NCBI GenBank assembly: GCA_000175855.1
Contig: ACYB01000042.1
Span: 1 to 32,000, forward strand
DNA: 32,000 nucleotides
Source: Raphidiopsis brookii D9
Lineage (GTDB): Bacteria; Cyanobacteriota; Cyanobacteriia; Cyanobacteriales; Nostocaceae
Reading direction: 5' to 3'
The notes beneath the pieces are model-generated. The model ran no database searches, had not been told where the DNA came from, and saw only the letters and a list, made by a program, of their open reading frames with translations. Shown piece after piece: positions 1 to 8,821 of the stretch (within the stretch, counting starts at the first letter, position 1; the number at the start of each line of letters is the position of its first letter). Both the position numbers and the translations under genes were made by a program.

Positions 1-59
1 TACAGCACTTTGTCTAACAGTTTGGTACAATAGTTGAGAAGATAAAGGTAAAAAATAAG

Positions 60-458
60 ATGAAACCCTACTCAATAGATCTGCGGGAAAAAATTATTAG
101 CGTTTACGAAGCGGGAAATACATCTATTCGGAAAGTCGCAGAAAGATTCAAGGTAAGTAAGAATACAGTACAAAACCTGGTGAAGCGAAAACGAGAAAAA
201 GGGACACTAGAGCCAAGTGTAGCGACTGGAGGAAAACCGAGCCAACTATCTGGGTATGAACAACAGATAGAGGAAATGGTAGCAGAGCATCTAGACTATA
301 CCCTAGCCGAGTACTGTGAGTATTGGGAAGAAAAGACAGGGGTAAGGCTAAGTGAGAGTGCAATGTGCAGATTTCTTCAAAAACAGAAGCTCACTCTCAA
401 AAAAAAACAGTACGAAGCAGTCAAGCAGGGACAGAAATTACACAAAAAAAAAGGTTAG
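60..458 (+). CDS. IS630 transposase, N-terminal helix-turn-helix part (orfA)
   Basis: 132 aa. The sequence MKPYSIDLREKII..YEAGNTSIRKVAERFKVSKNTVQNLVKRKRE is a typical IS630/Tc1 paired-like HTH. It ends after two A9 runs (399-407 and 444-452). Confidence 0.8.
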   Translation: MKPYSIDLREKIISVYEAGNTSIRKVAERFKVSKNTVQNLVKRKREKGTLEPSVATGGKPSQLSGYEQQIEEMVAEHLDYTLAEYCEYWEEKTGVRLSESAMCRFLQKQKLTLKKKQYEAVKQGQKLHKKKG

Positions 459-1006
459 ATTACTGGGAAAGCATCCGAGATGTTCTTGCAGATGACCTAG
501 TTTTTGTGGATGAAATGGGAGTATTACTAGGATTAATGAGGGGAATGGGCAGAAGTAAAAAGGGAGATAGAGTCTACGATGTCAAACCTTTTTACCGTGG
601 AAGCCGAGTTACCGTAGTGGGGGCTATTAGCAATAAGTCAATCTTGGCACTCAAGACATTAGGGCAATCAATGAATGGAGAAGACTTCAAAAAATTTGTG
701 GAGGAAGAGCTATTACCAAAATTGTGGAAAGGGGCAGTAGTGGTAATGGATAATCTCAAAGCACATAAAATGAAGGGGATTATTGAAATGATAGAGTCCG
801 TAGGCGCAAGGGTAGTTTATTTATCACCGTATTCACCTGAATTTAATCCCATAGAACATCTCTGGTGGCAACTAAAAGCATTCATCAGGAAGTTTTCACC
901 GAAAAATAGTTTGACAGTAGTCCAACTGTTGTCAGTAGGGGTCCTCTTATGCTCCAGCCAACAACTCCAAAATTATTTTTCTCACTGCTGCTACTGTACC
1001 AGTTAG
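365..1006 (+). CDS. IS630 transposase, DDE catalytic part (orfB)
   Basis: DDE-type motifs are present: VFVDEMG, VVMDNLKAHK and YSPEFNPIEHLW. The family-typical continuous sequence LTLKKK|TVRSSQ..QKKRLDYWE is restored by a -1 shift inside the A9 run at 399-407. Confidence 0.8.
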   Translation: MQISSKTEAHSQKKTVRSSQAGTEITQKKRLDYWESIRDVLADDLVFVDEMGVLLGLMRGMGRSKKGDRVYDVKPFYRGSRVTVVGAISNKSILALKTLGQSMNGEDFKKFVEEELLPKLWKGAVVVMDNLKAHKMKGIIEMIESVGARVVYLSPYSPEFNPIEHLWWQLKAFIRKFSPKNSLTVVQLLSVGVLLCSSQQLQNYFSHCCYCTS

Positions 1007-1023
1007 TCGCGCAAAGTGCTGTA

Positions 1024-1363
1024 TTCTTTAAGAACTTTGGCCTATACCAGAAAAGTTTCCCGTCTAATGTTCCAGCGCTTGGGTGCTGAGGACTATACTC
1101 ACTATGACCCCAAGGATCCCGGGTATTTTGAGTTTGAAGGATCTGGTTACGTTTATAAGGGTGGAAACCACTTCTCCGGTACTCACATTATGGGAACTAC
1201 CCCCAAAAACTCAGTGGTGGATCAAAATCTAAAGTGTTGGGATCATCCTAATCTCTATTTAGTCGGCTCTGGTAGTATGCCTACAATTGGCACATCCAAT
1301 ACCACGGTGACAATTGCTGCACTGACCTTTAAAGCTGTTGAGCAAATGCTCAAAGAGTTATAA
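1024..1363 (+). pseudogene. GMC-family oxidoreductase, C-terminal fragment cut off by the IS630 insertion
   Basis: The translation ...GGNHFSGTHIMGTTPKNSVVDQNLKCWDHPNLYLVGSGSMPTIGTSNTTVTIAALTFKA matches the GMC_oxred_C signature (H.MGT..MG...VVD......NLyv.d.S..Pt). The frame is open right up to the IS right end and has no credible native start. Confidence 0.75.
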
Positions 1364-1463
1364 GTCTGGCAGTTTTTTGAGGGAATTTTGAGAGGCTTTT
1401 ATTTATTTAGTCCTCCTTTCAGAATCGAGAACAGATTATTACTGAGAAAATACTGAGAAAAAT

Positions 1464-2594
1464 ATGCCCACACAAACCGGTTATACATTGATTAAGACAG
1501 TAGAGAACCTGCACTTTTATCTCAAGCAGGCACTTAGACTGGAACATGCCACAATCCCCCCCTATCTGACGGCTTTGTATTCTATCAAACCTGGCAAAAA
1601 TGTGGACGCTTTTCATATTATTCGACAGGTAGCCGTAGAAGAAATGCTGCATCTGACCTTGGTGTCCAATGTGTTGAATGCAGTGGGAGGAAGTCTTAAA
1701 GGTACTCTAACACACCCAGATTTTATCCCCAACTACCCAACTCCGATTCCCACTGGAGCAAGTGACTTCGAAGTGGATTTAATAAAGTTCTCTCCTCAGG
1801 CGATCGCCACCTTCATGAAGATCGAGCGCGCAGAAGAGGTAGAACCGGATAAACCCCTAGTAGTAGCTCGAGAAACACAAGAGAAACAGAACTTCCTCAC
1901 TCTTCATGAAGGCCATCCTTCCAATACTTTTTATAGCATTGGACTGTTTTATGCAGAAATTATTCGTGGTTTGAATGCTTTGCATAAGGAAATGGGTAAC
2001 AAATTGTTCTGTGGAGATCCTAATTTACAGATTACCCCTGAATACTATTACAACGGTGGTGGGGATATAATTGAAGTCACAGATTTACGTTCAGCTATCC
2101 GCGCCATCAGAATTATTCAGGAACAAGGGGAAGGTTCCAGAATTGGGGCTATCTATGATGCAGAAAGAGAAATGGCCCACTTCTATCGTTTTGAGCAGCT
2201 CACACAGAGTAAGTTTTATACCATTAACCACGATGATCCTTTAGAATCTGACTCACCCCATCAACCATCTGGGCAGTCTTTGAAAGTCAACTGGGATGAG
2301 GTGTATCCAATCAAAACCAACGCTACACTAGCTGACTATCCGGAAGGGGAACTACATCAAGCAGCAGTGGCATTCCAAAAAGAATACAGCAAGTTTTTGG
2401 CAGAAATTGAAGCCTCTTTTACGGGGAACCGTGAGAAGCTAATTCCAGCAGTAGGGGCCATGTTCCGCCTTAAAGAACTTGCTGCCCAATTAATTCGTAA
2501 TCCGATCCCTGGAAATGCTGAAGGACTGCATGGGGCTCCTATATTCCGAGTCACACCCAATATTCAAGATCCGCAAAAACGCTATCCCTGGTAA
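1464..2594 (+). CDS. Ferritin-like domain protein (PF12902-type)
   Basis: 376 aa. The N-terminal LKQALRLEHATIPPYLTALYSI...VAVEEMLHLTLVSNVLNAVGG is the hallmark of the ferritin-like family often found next to oxidoreductases. Confidence 0.7.
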   Translation: MPTQTGYTLIKTVENLHFYLKQALRLEHATIPPYLTALYSIKPGKNVDAFHIIRQVAVEEMLHLTLVSNVLNAVGGSLKGTLTHPDFIPNYPTPIPTGASDFEVDLIKFSPQAIATFMKIERAEEVEPDKPLVVARETQEKQNFLTLHEGHPSNTFYSIGLFYAEIIRGLNALHKEMGNKLFCGDPNLQITPEYYYNGGGDIIEVTDLRSAIRAIRIIQEQGEGSRIGAIYDAEREMAHFYRFEQLTQSKFYTINHDDPLESDSPHQPSGQSLKVNWDEVYPIKTNATLADYPEGELHQAAVAFQKEYSKFLAEIEASFTGNREKLIPAVGAMFRLKELAAQLIRNPIPGNAEGLHGAPIFRVTPNIQDPQKRYPW

Positions 2595-2680
2595 GCTGTC
2601 GTGCACTCAGTATACGGAGTAATCCAGTTGGAAAGTAAATTTGACCGATGTGACGATGTTCTTGTAGAGGTAAATAACAG

Positions 2681-3145
2681 ATGGGCAATCAAAAACCCGA
2701 ATTGGTAGGGTATTTTCTGGATTTATCAGTGGTTTTAACTGGGTTTTCTCGATTTCATCTTCAGGGAACCGGACAAACCAGTCTTTACTTTGATACAGTA
2801 AGTAGTGTAGTAGGAGAAGGACTTTTTGAGGAGTTATTAACCACCTTTCACAACCTTGAGAATCAAAGTCAAGGATTGCGGTTGAATATATTAGGGTCAG
2901 AAAAATTGGGACCAATTGCCCGCAATATCATTAAGCTCTGGTATTTATCTACATGGTATCAATTACCTCAAGAGTGGCGAGATGTTTATGGTACAATCCC
3001 CAATGATAAAACCTTCATTCCTGCATCTGCTGCTTATCCTGAAGGATTACTGTGGCCAGCTGTTGGTGTGAACCCCAAAGGGGCTAAAGGTCAAGGATAT
3101 GGTACTTGGAGTGAACCTCCCCTAGTAACTCTGGATCAGAAATAA
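2681..3145 (+). CDS. Hypothetical protein, possibly a sugar-dehydrogenase small-subunit-like protein
   Basis: 154 aa ORF in the gene-dense plus-strand run. FLDLSVVLTGF... and the C-terminal AAYPEGLLWPAVGVNPKG resemble, from memory, small subunits that partner GMC flavoprotein dehydrogenases. This is unverified. Confidence 0.35.
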   Translation: MGNQKPELVGYFLDLSVVLTGFSRFHLQGTGQTSLYFDTVSSVVGEGLFEELLTTFHNLENQSQGLRLNILGSEKLGPIARNIIKLWYLSTWYQLPQEWRDVYGTIPNDKTFIPASAAYPEGLLWPAVGVNPKGAKGQGYGTWSEPPLVTLDQK

Positions 3146-3205
3146 CCATAGTGTTGATCTTTTCCTAACCGCACTTCATCCAATAAGTATTCTCCCAAAA
3201 CAAAA

Positions 3206-3874
3206 ATGAACATTGTATCTTGCTTGCGTAAAGTTTCCGCAATTGCTCTGGCAGTAATTCTTAGTTTGACAGTCTTCAGCTTGCCAGCTCGGGCTTTTGT
3301 TTGCAAAGACTATAGTAAGTTACTGGAAACAAATGCCTGTGTTGGTTGTGATTTATCAAACCTAAATTTGGAAGGAAAGGATTTGTATGGCAGCGCACTA
3401 AGTAATGCTAATCTCTCTAACACTAACCTTTCTAAGGCTCTGATGAATGATGCCAAGCTAGATGGGGCAAATTTGACGGGTGCCAATTTATCCGATGGCA
3501 ATTTGACTGGGATAGTTTTATCAGGGGCCAACCTAACAGGTGCTAACCTCTTCCATGCGGAATTGTATAACGCCTTGCTAGATAAAGCGAACTTGTTCCG
3601 GGCAAATTTAAGTAGTTCTGATTTGAATTCAGCCATTATCTCGGATGCAAATTTAACCGAAGCTGTAGTCAAATCTGCAAACTTAGAAAAAGTTAACCTC
3701 TCGCGTTCTAACCTATCAGGCACAGATTTTTCTGAAAGTAAGATGCGAAGAGCAAAATTATCAAAGGCAATTCTTCAGGGAGCTAAATTTACTAAAGCTG
3801 ACCTATTTGAGTCCCTAATGCCTGATAGTACCACCTATAATGGCGATCTGTCTAAATTTGGCGCATTGAAATAA
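3206..3874 (+). CDS. Secreted pentapeptide-repeat protein
   Basis: 222 aa. It has an N-terminal signal peptide (AIALAVILSLTVFSLPARA) followed by about 30 A(D/N)LXX pentapeptide units (ANLSNTNLSKALMNDAKLDGANLTGANLSDGNLTG...). Confidence 0.9.
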   Translation: MNIVSCLRKVSAIALAVILSLTVFSLPARAFVCKDYSKLLETNACVGCDLSNLNLEGKDLYGSALSNANLSNTNLSKALMNDAKLDGANLTGANLSDGNLTGIVLSGANLTGANLFHAELYNALLDKANLFRANLSSSDLNSAIISDANLTEAVVKSANLEKVNLSRSNLSGTDFSESKMRRAKLSKAILQGAKFTKADLFESLMPDSTTYNGDLSKFGALK

Positions 3875-4005
3875 AACCACTAAAACTAACACCGCAGAGT
3901 TTTTGTGTGTTCTAAATTTGCACACTCCGTTAGCGTTGGGCATAACTAGAATACATTTTTACAAGCGGTATTCAATGATTACTTAATGAAAATCACACAA
4001 GAACC

Positions 4006-5106
4006 ATGTTGTCAAAAATTAGCAGGATGTTTCGTTTATCAGTAGTTTTAGCTACTTTACTGTTAGTTGGCCTTACTAGCTTGCCACTAACGGTGATGGC
4101 TGCTACTAATGACTCCAACTCGGTTTTAGTATCTCTGGTTTCTTCCACAACCAAACCCCTGTTGGATCCCACCTTTGATAGTGCAAAAGTGAAGTTAGGT
4201 ATTACACCAACAGGATGGAGCAACAGTGATGATTTAACTATTGATCTCAATCCCCCTATTCCATTCCAACAAATCCTTAGCGAAATTGCACTGTCGGGTT
4301 ATAAGGGGACACAAAATGCACCTAAATTTCCTAAAGCACTTGGGGATTTACAAAGGGAGTTAAATATCAGAGGACTGAGAATTTCTGAGCCTTGGGTAGG
4401 AACCGAATTTACCATAGGCAAAGCTAAAGAGACTTTTGATGAGTTAGAGAAACAAATAGCCTTCATGAAAGCGATGGGAGGCAACACTATAGTTGTGGCT
4501 GAATTAGGTGGTGCTGTTCATCAGAAAAAAGTTCTAGACAAGAACGGTGTCAATATAGGTGTGGATCCATTAAAAGAGAGACCTCGTTTTAATGATCAAC
4601 AATGGTCTGATTTATTAAGTGGTTTGAATCAAATGGGTAAAAGGGCCAAAGAGGAAGGTATGCAGTTAATGTATCATCCTCATATTGGTACTGGGGTAGA
4701 AAACTCTCAGGATATTTGCCGTTTGATGTCGGGCACTAACCCTGAATATGTAAACTTGCTGCTGGATACTGGTCACTTGTACTATGCAGGAGTTGACCCT
4801 CTAACCGTAGCAAAACAACATGCCAATCGAATTAAGCACGTGCACTTGAAAAATATCCGCCAGTCGGTATTAAATGATTCTAAGAATACTGGTCGGAGCT
4901 TTTTAAATTCCATTCGTGCAGGAATATTTACTGTTCCTGGAGATCCCAATGGTGCTATTGATTTTCAGCCTATTTTACAAGAACTTGCCAAGGTTAACTA
5001 CCAAGGATGGTTAATGGTAGAAGCTGAGCAGGATCCTAACAAAGCTGAACCATTACAATACGCTCTTATGGCTCGTCAATACCTGCAAAAACTAATAGGT
5101 TTTTAG
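4006..5106 (+). CDS. Xylose-isomerase-like TIM-barrel protein (sugar phosphate isomerase/epimerase, IolE-like) with signal peptide
   Basis: 366 aa. The signal peptide is LLLVGLTSLPLTVMA. The motifs MYHPHIGT, LLLDTGHLYYAGVDP, IKHVHLKNIR and WLMVEAEQD are typical metal-binding strands of the AP_endonuc_2/IolE fold. Confidence 0.7.
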   Translation: MLSKISRMFRLSVVLATLLLVGLTSLPLTVMAATNDSNSVLVSLVSSTTKPLLDPTFDSAKVKLGITPTGWSNSDDLTIDLNPPIPFQQILSEIALSGYKGTQNAPKFPKALGDLQRELNIRGLRISEPWVGTEFTIGKAKETFDELEKQIAFMKAMGGNTIVVAELGGAVHQKKVLDKNGVNIGVDPLKERPRFNDQQWSDLLSGLNQMGKRAKEEGMQLMYHPHIGTGVENSQDICRLMSGTNPEYVNLLLDTGHLYYAGVDPLTVAKQHANRIKHVHLKNIRQSVLNDSKNTGRSFLNSIRAGIFTVPGDPNGAIDFQPILQELAKVNYQGWLMVEAEQDPNKAEPLQYALMARQYLQKLIGF

Positions 5107-5195
5107 TTTTTTTAGGTTATTTAACAAGTTTTTGAGTGGGGAGTAGGAATTAATCCATTTCTACTCCCGGATAAATAGGAATCAGGAATAGAATT

Positions 5196-5594
5196 ATGCA
5201 AGTTCAGAATTTGAGTGATGTAGAAGAAATTAGGAAAGTGTTCGAGAGGGATTATGCAGATGCCATGAGACTGCGCAATCCTGAGGTTTATGGTCAAATG
5301 TATACCCAGGATGCTGTTTGGATGCCACCCAACGATACTAATCGTAGCGGGGTTGCTAATATTAAGATTGGATTTACTAACCAAATTGCTGATAAATATA
5401 TAGATCCCAAATTCACCGCCGAAGAAATCAAAATTATCGGTGATTTAGGATATGTAATTGGCTTTTCTATTGCTCAAGTTACCCCCGTAGCTGGTGGTGC
5501 AACTAAAACTGTTCGTTTTCATGCATTATGGATCATGAAAAAGGAAAATGGAAAGTGGAAAATTGATCGCCAAATTTGGAATAACAAACAGTAA
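5196..5594 (+). CDS. NTF2-like (SnoaL/DUF4440-type) small protein
   Basis: 132 aa. The length and the C-terminal pattern ...ALWIMKKENGKWKIDRQIWN are typical of DUF4440/SnoaL-like folds. Confidence 0.45.
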   Translation: MQVQNLSDVEEIRKVFERDYADAMRLRNPEVYGQMYTQDAVWMPPNDTNRSGVANIKIGFTNQIADKYIDPKFTAEEIKIIGDLGYVIGFSIAQVTPVAGGATKTVRFHALWIMKKENGKWKIDRQIWNNKQ

Positions 5595-5693
5595 TCTCAA
5601 TCTAATATCTTAGATCCTGGGATCTCAGATCCCAAAAGGTTTTTTCAGAATCCTTCCCAAGCAAACTCAATCTCAATTTTTTCGGGTAGATAT

Positions 5694-6731
5694 ATGAGTA
5701 CCAAAGAAATTTACTTTAGTTTTTTCATGTTCACTAGTAACGTGAAACCCCATGATCAGCAATATCGTCAGGTTATTGTCCGACATATTAAAGAGCTGGC
5801 AAGTTATGGTTACACAGGATTTGAGTTTCCTATTGCTCCACCACAAACAGAAACGGAACACGTACCAGCCAAATACGCAGAAGATTTAGTTAACTATACC
5901 AACCTGCGCCGTCATTTGGATGAACAAGGATTAGGTCATATTAAAATCAGCACTAATGTTGGAGTCACTAACACAGCAGATCCCAGTTCATCAAACCCAG
6001 ACACCCGAGCAAAAGCATTAGAATACTTGAAGTCACGAGTTGACATCACCAAGGCCTTGGGTGGTGAAATCATGATGGGTCCAATTATTGTTCCCTACGC
6101 TGCTTTTCCCGAAAAACCATCTAATGAAAGTGGCAAGAGTGAGAATAAAAAAGAGTATTTTTGGAGTGATGAACTACAGCAACATCTAAAAATTCGCTAT
6201 GACAACGCCCGACCCGTCCTGAATGAGTTAGGTAAGTACGCGGAAACGAAGAAAGTTAAATTAGCCATTGAACCAATTACCCACTGGGAAACACCAGCAC
6301 CGAATAAACTATCTCAATTAATTCAGTTTTTGGGAGGAGTACAAAGTAAACAGGTAGGAGTAGTTATAGATAGTGCCCATGAAATTTTAGATGGAGATGG
6401 ACCAGAAATCTTTAAAACTCAAGTAGAACACCTCGCCCGTGAGGGAAGACTCCATTATATCCAAATATCCCCTCCAGATAGAGGTGCTGTCCACTCTGGT
6501 TGGATACCCTGGCAGTCATTTTTGGAACCAATTTTACCAGTCTATAAAGGACCTTTTTCTATTGAGGTTTTTAATGCTCTTCCTGAATTCCAGGAGTTAT
6601 TCCGACTGACTAGACGTAAGTTTTGGATCCCCGGTGAGGACAGTGCCAATGATTACCCAAGCGCCTATCAAATTGCAAAACTGGCTATTGAGATTACCCA
6701 AAAACAATTGAGTAAAGTTCAATCTAAGTAA
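5694..6731 (+). CDS. Xylose-isomerase-like TIM-barrel protein (sugar phosphate isomerase/epimerase family)
   Basis: 345 aa. The motifs GYTGFEFPI, KLAIEPITHWETP, VVIDSAHE and FSIEVFN follow the conserved strand pattern of the family. Confidence 0.6.
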   Translation: MSTKEIYFSFFMFTSNVKPHDQQYRQVIVRHIKELASYGYTGFEFPIAPPQTETEHVPAKYAEDLVNYTNLRRHLDEQGLGHIKISTNVGVTNTADPSSSNPDTRAKALEYLKSRVDITKALGGEIMMGPIIVPYAAFPEKPSNESGKSENKKEYFWSDELQQHLKIRYDNARPVLNELGKYAETKKVKLAIEPITHWETPAPNKLSQLIQFLGGVQSKQVGVVIDSAHEILDGDGPEIFKTQVEHLAREGRLHYIQISPPDRGAVHSGWIPWQSFLEPILPVYKGPFSIEVFNALPEFQELFRLTRRKFWIPGEDSANDYPSAYQIAKLAIEITQKQLSKVQSK

Positions 6732-6749
6732 TTATGATCTCTCAAAATC

Positions 6750-6797
6750 ATGATGTCTAAAAACAATGGTGTCTAAAAACAATGGTGTCTAAAAATA
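6750..6797 (+). repeat. 3 x 16-bp tandem repeat spanning the start codon of the oxidase gene
   Basis: The units are 6750 ATGATGTCTAAAAACA, 6766 ATGGTGTCTAAAAACA and 6782 ATGGTGTCTAAAAATA. Each unit carries an ATG. Confidence 0.95.
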
Positions 6798-8668
6798 AGA
6801 AATCTGTCAATATTATCTCGACTTTTCTGACTTTTCTTCTAGCTATAGCTATCACCTTGTGTGGATTTGGAGAAACAATAGCATTAGCAGCGTGTGGACC
6901 AGAAAAAGAAATGGGCGCATGGGAGACCATACCTCTTCCACCACCATCCAATCGAATGCAGTCCGTTCACACTATCCTTCTCCCTAATGGCAAAGTGCTA
7001 ACTTTGAATGGAAGTAGCTTTCGTACTACTCTCACCAAAGATGAAAATGGTAACAACAAATTTATAGAAGGGGTAGATGTCACAGATGATAAGATAGTTG
7101 ACAATACTGGTTTGCTGGATCCGGTTAGCGGACAATTCAAACGCACTTCCACGCCACCTGCTATGCAATTTGGCGAAAGTAATGATTTATTTTGCTCAGG
7201 TCATGTACAATTAGCCAATGGTAATGTTCTATTTATTGGTGGTACTGGAAGGTATTATCCAGGGGGAGCATTTACAGGTTCCAGACAGGTGAATATTTAT
7301 GACTGGAAAACCGATACTTGGTCTGCTGTAGGGCAATTAAAACAAGGCAGATGGTATCCTAGTTTAATTCCCCTAGCAGATGGCAAGGTAGTAATTTTTT
7401 CTGGTCTGAAATTAGATGCTCCTAACCAGATTAATCCTAGTTTGGAAATCTACGATCCCAGTACCGGGAAAATCTCCTATGTGGATCTGACAAAAATCAA
7501 AAACAGTCCCTTCAATACCAAACTCAAAGATGTTAATAGCTACGATAGCATAGATCTTTATCCTAGAGTATTCCCCACCGCTGATGGTAGATTATTAATT
7601 ACTGGAGATGATGGTGGTATTGGTGGAGTTTTAGTCTCCCAGTCCAGCAAAAAAAAACCTAATTTAATGTCCATCAAAGACAATGGGGATAACAACTTCT
7701 CAGTTAGTTTTGAAGTAGGACCGGAAAAAGGCGAAACATCTAAAGCTTATGGCACTGCTTTACAGGTTCCTAACTCCGAAGATGTTCTACTATTAGGTGG
7801 AATTATTGGTACAAACGATATTAACTTTGGTCGAGGGGGAAAAACAGAAGGATTTCCTGCTGGTTCCAGAGTTGCGGATAGCCTACAACGCTGGGTATCC
7901 CCACAAAAGAGTGGAGAAAAGAATGGTAAATGGGAAATTGTAGATCACTTTCTCGACAAACCCAGAGCCAACCTGGAGGCGGTAATTCTCCCCACTAAGG
8001 AAATTCTAGTAGTTAATGGTGGTGAATATCCAGAGTATAAACCTGTCTATGAACCCTTGTTAATGACTCCTGATGATCAGGTTCCCGGGGGTTATACTAA
8101 GAAAAGTATGAACCCTGCTAAACTGCCTAGATTATATCATAATGGGGCAGTTTTATTACCCGATGCTCGTGTTTTAGTTACTGGTGGTAACGCTAATAGA
8201 GCTTCACTAGAGAAAGATGGAACTGTTCATGTGAATGTGGTGAAAGATCCAACGACATATTATAAGTTTCCTGAACTAAACAAGGAATTTAGTATCGAGG
8301 AGTACTATAAATCTCCCCAAAGTTATTTCTTAGTAGAAGGAGACAGTCAACCCTTCGTTCCCGCAGAAATTTGGCAGGCTGAAATCTTCAGTCCTCCCTA
8401 TTTATTTCAACCTGGGTTACGTCCAGAAATAGTTCAGGTTCCAACAACCCTAAACTATGGTAGAAAGGACGGTATTTTAGTGAAGAATGCTACTGAAAAA
8501 GGCTCTGTTGTCCTGGTGAAATTAGGAGCAGTTACCCATTCCTTTGATTATGGACAAAAGTTAGCGGAACTATCTAATGTGAATGTGCCTAACGTCATGG
8601 GGGATAAATCTTTGATTGTCTTCAAAACTCCCGAAAATGCTAATCTCTACCCCCAGGTTATTACATGA
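6782..8668 (+). CDS. Copper-radical oxidase (glyoxal/galactose-oxidase-like, Kelch + DUF1929), C-terminus frameshifted
   Basis: 628 aa. The active-site context matches the family: LFCSGH (crosslink Cys), GRWYPS (crosslink Tyr), PRLYHNGAVLLPDARVLVTGG (Tyr-His) and VTHSFDYGQK (His). It has an N-terminal signal or lipoprotein-like sequence (LAACG). The family-typical C-terminal strand PPGYYMMFYLNNLGKPSIAKMVKL is encoded in another frame at 8653-8748. Confidence 0.85.
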   Translation: MVSKNKKSVNIISTFLTFLLAIAITLCGFGETIALAACGPEKEMGAWETIPLPPPSNRMQSVHTILLPNGKVLTLNGSSFRTTLTKDENGNNKFIEGVDVTDDKIVDNTGLLDPVSGQFKRTSTPPAMQFGESNDLFCSGHVQLANGNVLFIGGTGRYYPGGAFTGSRQVNIYDWKTDTWSAVGQLKQGRWYPSLIPLADGKVVIFSGLKLDAPNQINPSLEIYDPSTGKISYVDLTKIKNSPFNTKLKDVNSYDSIDLYPRVFPTADGRLLITGDDGGIGGVLVSQSSKKKPNLMSIKDNGDNNFSVSFEVGPEKGETSKAYGTALQVPNSEDVLLLGGIIGTNDINFGRGGKTEGFPAGSRVADSLQRWVSPQKSGEKNGKWEIVDHFLDKPRANLEAVILPTKEILVVNGGEYPEYKPVYEPLLMTPDDQVPGGYTKKSMNPAKLPRLYHNGAVLLPDARVLVTGGNANRASLEKDGTVHVNVVKDPTTYYKFPELNKEFSIEEYYKSPQSYFLVEGDSQPFVPAEIWQAEIFSPPYLFQPGLRPEIVQVPTTLNYGRKDGILVKNATEKGSVVLVKLGAVTHSFDYGQKLAELSNVNVPNVMGDKSLIVFKTPENANLYPQVIT

Positions 8669-8821
8669 TGTTCTATCTGAATAATTTAGGTAAACCTTCC
8701 ATAGCCAAGATGGTCAAACTGGAGAAAACGGGGACTACTCCACAGTAACAACTAAAACATGAGGACACTGTCCTCATAAACAATAAATCAATCAACTGAC
8801 ATCAAAAATCAGCAAAAAATT

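Larger units (their letters stand above)
1..1023 (+). mobile_element. IS630-family (Tc1/mariner-like) insertion sequence
   Basis: Positions 1-12 (TACAGCACTTTG) are the exact reverse complement of 1012-1023 (CAAAGTGCTGTA). Imperfect matching blocks (CTAAC, TGGTACA, TAG) extend the inverted repeat to ~33 bp. Both ends carry TA, the IS630 target dinucleotide. The element encloses an HTH + DDE transposase. The left flank lies outside the window. Confidence 0.85.

Noticed and set aside
3310-3723. 137-aa antisense ORF inside the pentapeptide-repeat gene
   Set aside because: It is a typical artefact of low-complexity pentapeptide coding repeats, which stay open on the opposite strand. The sense-strand protein has the signal peptide and the regular A(D/N)LXX pattern.
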